Assembly: GCA_004557385.1 (NCBI GenBank)
Contig: SFEA01000005.1
Location: 27,465 to 91,464, forward strand
Length of the DNA: 64,000 nt
Direction of reading: 5' to 3'
Origin: Bacteroidales bacterium
GTDB taxonomy: Bacteria > Bacteroidota > Bacteroidia > Bacteroidales > Muribaculaceae
The translations under genes were made by a program, and so were the position numbers. Of this stretch, positions 61,159 through 64,000 are shown one piece after another. Below the pieces are notes generated by a model. It saw only the letters and a program-made list of their open reading frames with translations. It searched no databases and was not told the DNA's origin. Positions within the stretch are counted from its first letter, which is position 1. Each line of letters begins with the position of its first letter.

Positions 61159-61833
61159 ATGAAGCGATATGCAATAATAGTAGCCGGAGGCAGCGGCAGC
61201 CGATTCGGCTCAAATATGCCAAAGCAGTTTTTGCCTTTGAGCGGCAAGCCGGTGCTTATGCACACCATCGACAAGTTTGCTGCGCTCGGCGGCGTGGAAA
61301 TAATAGTGGTGCTACCGGCTGCGTTTGAGGGCTGGTGGCGCGAGCTGTGTGCCGAACATGGTTTTGCCACCGAGCACCGAGTGGTGACGGGCGGTGCAAA
61401 TCGCTTTTGCTCGGTGAGGAATGCCATAATCACCATCGATGTTCAACCGGGCGATGCCATTGCCGTGCACGACGGGGTGCGACCGCTGGCAAGCACGTCG
61501 CTCATTGCTGCCGCATTTGATTGCGCCGAGGCAAAGGGGAGTGCCATACCGGTGGTGGCTGTCACCGACAGCATACGCCGCGTGGTGGACAGCGAAGGCG
61601 CTTCCGAGCCGTTGAGCCGCGATATGCTGCGTGCGGTGCAAACTCCGCAGGTGTTCGACGCCATTGCCTTGCGCAGCGCCTACGATGCCGAGTATTCGCC
61701 GTTTTACACCGACGATGCTTCGGTGTTTGAGCACAATGGCGGAGTGATACACATGATTGACGGCGAAGTGACTAATATAAAAATCACTCATCCCAACGAT
61801 TTGACCATTGCAGAAATGCTGATGAATAGATGA
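61159..61833 (+). CDS. ispD: 2-C-methyl-D-erythritol 4-phosphate cytidylyltransferase
   Basis: AIIVAGGSGSRFGSNMPKQF and VHDGVRP. Confidence 0.9.
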   Translation: MKRYAIIVAGGSGSRFGSNMPKQFLPLSGKPVLMHTIDKFAALGGVEIIVVLPAAFEGWWRELCAEHGFATEHRVVTGGANRFCSVRNAIITIDVQPGDAIAVHDGVRPLASTSLIAAAFDCAEAKGSAIPVVAVTDSIRRVVDSEGASEPLSRDMLRAVQTPQVFDAIALRSAYDAEYSPFYTDDASVFEHNGGVIHMIDGEVTNIKITHPNDLTIAEMLMNR

Positions 61834-63926
61834 ACGAATTGCAGAATATGGACATAAAATACCTGCACGGAGTGGGTCCGAAACGCGCAGAGCTGCTTGC
61901 CAAGCAGCTTGACATTCGTTCCTACTACGATTTGCTGTATTATTTTCCATTTCGATATATCGACCGCAGCACCATTCATCGCATTTGCGACCTCGATGGC
62001 GAATTGCCATACATTCAGTTGCGTGGCAAGTTTGTGGTGTTCACTCCGCAAGGGCAGGGTGCCAAGCGACGCATCAACGCGCTGTTCAGCGACGGCACCG
62101 GCACCATCGAGTGCGTGTGGTTCAACCGTGTTAAGCAAATTCAAGACGCCTATCACACTGGTGTGGAGTATGTGATTTTCGGCAAACCTACATTATTTAA
62201 AGGCGTTTACAGCATAGCTCACCCTGAGGTTGACGTGTACAACCCGCAAAAGATGACTGCTGGTGTGCGCGGAATGTATAACCTCACCGAGACGCTTCGT
62301 AACCGCGCATTCAGTCAGCGCACCATGCAGCAGCTCATCGACAACCTGCTCAGCGCCAACGTGGTGCAGCGCCTTGCCGACCCTTTGCCCGAGAAATTGA
62401 TGCTACGCCACAGGCTTATGCCGCTGCACGAGGCTCTTGTGAACATCCATCAGCCGGCAAGCATCGATGCTTTGCAGAGGGCGCAGTTCAGGCTGAAATA
62501 CGACGAACTGTTTATGCTGCAACTCAACATACTCAAATATGCAAGCACGCGTAACGCCAAGTTCAAGGGGCTGGTGTTCAACAAGGTGGGCAACTATTTC
62601 AATCGCTTCTACAGCGAATGCCTTCCGTTTCCGCTCACCGGGGCGCAAAAACGCGTGATAAAGGAAATCCGCAAGGATATGGGCAGCGGCAGACAGATGA
62701 ACCGCTTGCTGCAGGGCGACGTGGGCAGCGGAAAAACTTTGGTGGCGCTGATGTGCATGTTGCTTGCCCTCGACAATGACTATCAGGCGGCAATAATGGC
62801 GCCAACCGAGATTCTTGCCACGCAGCATTTCGAAACCATCAGCAGCATGGTTGAACCATTGGGCATAAAATGTGCCTTGCTCACCGGCTCCACGCGCAAA
62901 AAACTGCGCGAAACCATACACGAACAACTACTCAGCGGCGAGCTGCAGATAATTGTGGGCACGCATGCGTTGCTCGAAGATGTGGTGCAGTTCTACAACC
63001 TCGGACTGGTGATTATCGACGAGCAGCACCGTTTTGGCGTGGCTCAACGGGCACGATTGTGGACCAAGAACTCAACACCGCCGCATGTTCTGGTGATGAC
63101 GGCTACGCCCATTCCGCGCACGCTGGCAATGACCGTTTACGGCGACCTTGACGTGAGTGTGATTGACGAACTGCCGCCGGGCAGAAAACCTGTCGAAACG
63201 GTGTTGCGCACCGACCAGTCGCGTGAGGCGATGTATCGCTTTGTGGGCAGCCAGCTTGCCCAGGGCCGTCAGGCTTATTTCGTTTATCCGCTGATTCAGG
63301 AAAATGAGAAACTCGATTTGCACGACCTCGAGCAGGGCTATCAAACCATTTGTGAGACATTCCCGAGCTATAAGGTGTGTTTTGTTCACGGCAAGATGAA
63401 GCCTGCCGAAAAGGACTGGCAGATGCAGCTGTTTGTGAGCAATCAGGCTCAGATTATGGTGGCAACCACGGTGATTGAGGTGGGCGTGAATGTGCCAAAC
63501 GCGTCGATTATGGTGATTGAAAATGCCGAGCGGTTTGGGCTGAGCCAGCTGCATCAGTTGCGTGGCCGCGTGGGACGTGGCGCCTCGCAGTCGTTTTGCA
63601 TTCTCATGTCGAAGCATCAGCTCGCCAAGGAAACCAAACACCGCCTGATGGTGATGACCGAAACCAACGACGGGTTTGTGGTGGCTGAGGAGGACATGAA
63701 GCTGCGTGGACCGGGCGATATGGAAGGCACGCAGCAGAGCGGAATAGCTTTCGACCTACATATTGCCAACCTTGCCAAAGATGGCCAGATTGTGCAACTT
63801 GCCCGCGACGATGCCCGCGAAATAATCGACGCCGACCCGTCGCTTGCGCTACCCGAACACCTGATGCTTAACGAGCGTCTGCACGACCTGTTCGACCGAA
63901 AAATCGACTGGAGTTTCATAAGCTGA
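61830..63926 (+). CDS. recG: ATP-dependent DNA helicase RecG
   Basis: 698 aa. Walker A GDVGSGKT, DEQH box IIDEQHRFG, and QLRGRVGRG. The start overlaps the ispD stop as ATGA. Confidence 0.95.
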   Translation: MNELQNMDIKYLHGVGPKRAELLAKQLDIRSYYDLLYYFPFRYIDRSTIHRICDLDGELPYIQLRGKFVVFTPQGQGAKRRINALFSDGTGTIECVWFNRVKQIQDAYHTGVEYVIFGKPTLFKGVYSIAHPEVDVYNPQKMTAGVRGMYNLTETLRNRAFSQRTMQQLIDNLLSANVVQRLADPLPEKLMLRHRLMPLHEALVNIHQPASIDALQRAQFRLKYDELFMLQLNILKYASTRNAKFKGLVFNKVGNYFNRFYSECLPFPLTGAQKRVIKEIRKDMGSGRQMNRLLQGDVGSGKTLVALMCMLLALDNDYQAAIMAPTEILATQHFETISSMVEPLGIKCALLTGSTRKKLRETIHEQLLSGELQIIVGTHALLEDVVQFYNLGLVIIDEQHRFGVAQRARLWTKNSTPPHVLVMTATPIPRTLAMTVYGDLDVSVIDELPPGRKPVETVLRTDQSREAMYRFVGSQLAQGRQAYFVYPLIQENEKLDLHDLEQGYQTICETFPSYKVCFVHGKMKPAEKDWQMQLFVSNQAQIMVATTVIEVGVNVPNASIMVIENAERFGLSQLHQLRGRVGRGASQSFCILMSKHQLAKETKHRLMVMTETNDGFVVAEEDMKLRGPGDMEGTQQSGIAFDLHIANLAKDGQIVQLARDDAREIIDADPSLALPEHLMLNERLHDLFDRKIDWSFIS

Positions 63927-64000
63927 TGCGGCACGAATTGTGAATTTGCTTAAAATCACGCGATTAGATTGCCAAAATAAATAAAATTACATAGATTTTT

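Overview
The window looks like a Bacteroidota (Bacteroidales-like) chromosomal segment. Support for that: T9SS genes, TAnnTTTG -7 promoter boxes, and the gene order tRNA-Thr/Tyr/Thr - tuf - tRNA-Trp - secE - nusG - rplKAJL - rpoBC. I call about 50 protein genes and 4 tRNAs.

The core backbone, left to right:
- porT-like / porP / porK, with porK truncated at the left edge and absent from the ORF track
- a TonB-receptor-like outer-membrane protein, an orphan sensor histidine kinase, a GT2 glycosyltransferase, aminopeptidase P, a gamma-carbonic-anhydrase-like protein, a tricorn-like S41 protease, uvrA and an MFS exporter
- DUF5606, NlpC/P60, aroE, comEC, rpsU-xer-hpf, then the tuf/ribosomal/rpoBC block
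- a split thrE pair, LysR, glyA, flavin reductase, pyrBI, PBP1A, DUF59, lpxH, ispD and recG

Two patches are visibly AT-rich and look accessory (judged by eye; G+C was not computed):
1. 22.0-25.5 kb holds a tightly coupled three-gene cassette. It encodes a stand-alone sigma-70 domain-2 protein, a PD-(D/E)xK nuclease-fold protein, and an RNase J-like MBL/beta-CASP nuclease with an unassigned Trp/acidic C-terminal domain. I cannot assign it to any described system, and it is my best candidate for something new.
2. 54.9-59.3 kb holds an agmatine-deiminase-fold gene whose 493-codon frame is interrupted by a single in-frame TAA, a small outer-membrane beta-barrel, and a recognisable AbiEi/AbiEii abortive-infection pair.

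A modular REP/MITE-like palindromic element of about 110 bp occurs four times, and it fills a 1.1 kb gene-free stretch at 8.6-9.7 kb. Smaller observations:
- a candidate leader-ORF/terminator attenuator upstream of pyrBI
- an orphan promoter-to-terminator unit in a 617 bp AT-rich gap
- a C10 homopolymer in the kinase 3' end
- stem mismatches in both tRNA-Thr genes

All functional calls come from motif recognition by eye; no database search was run.
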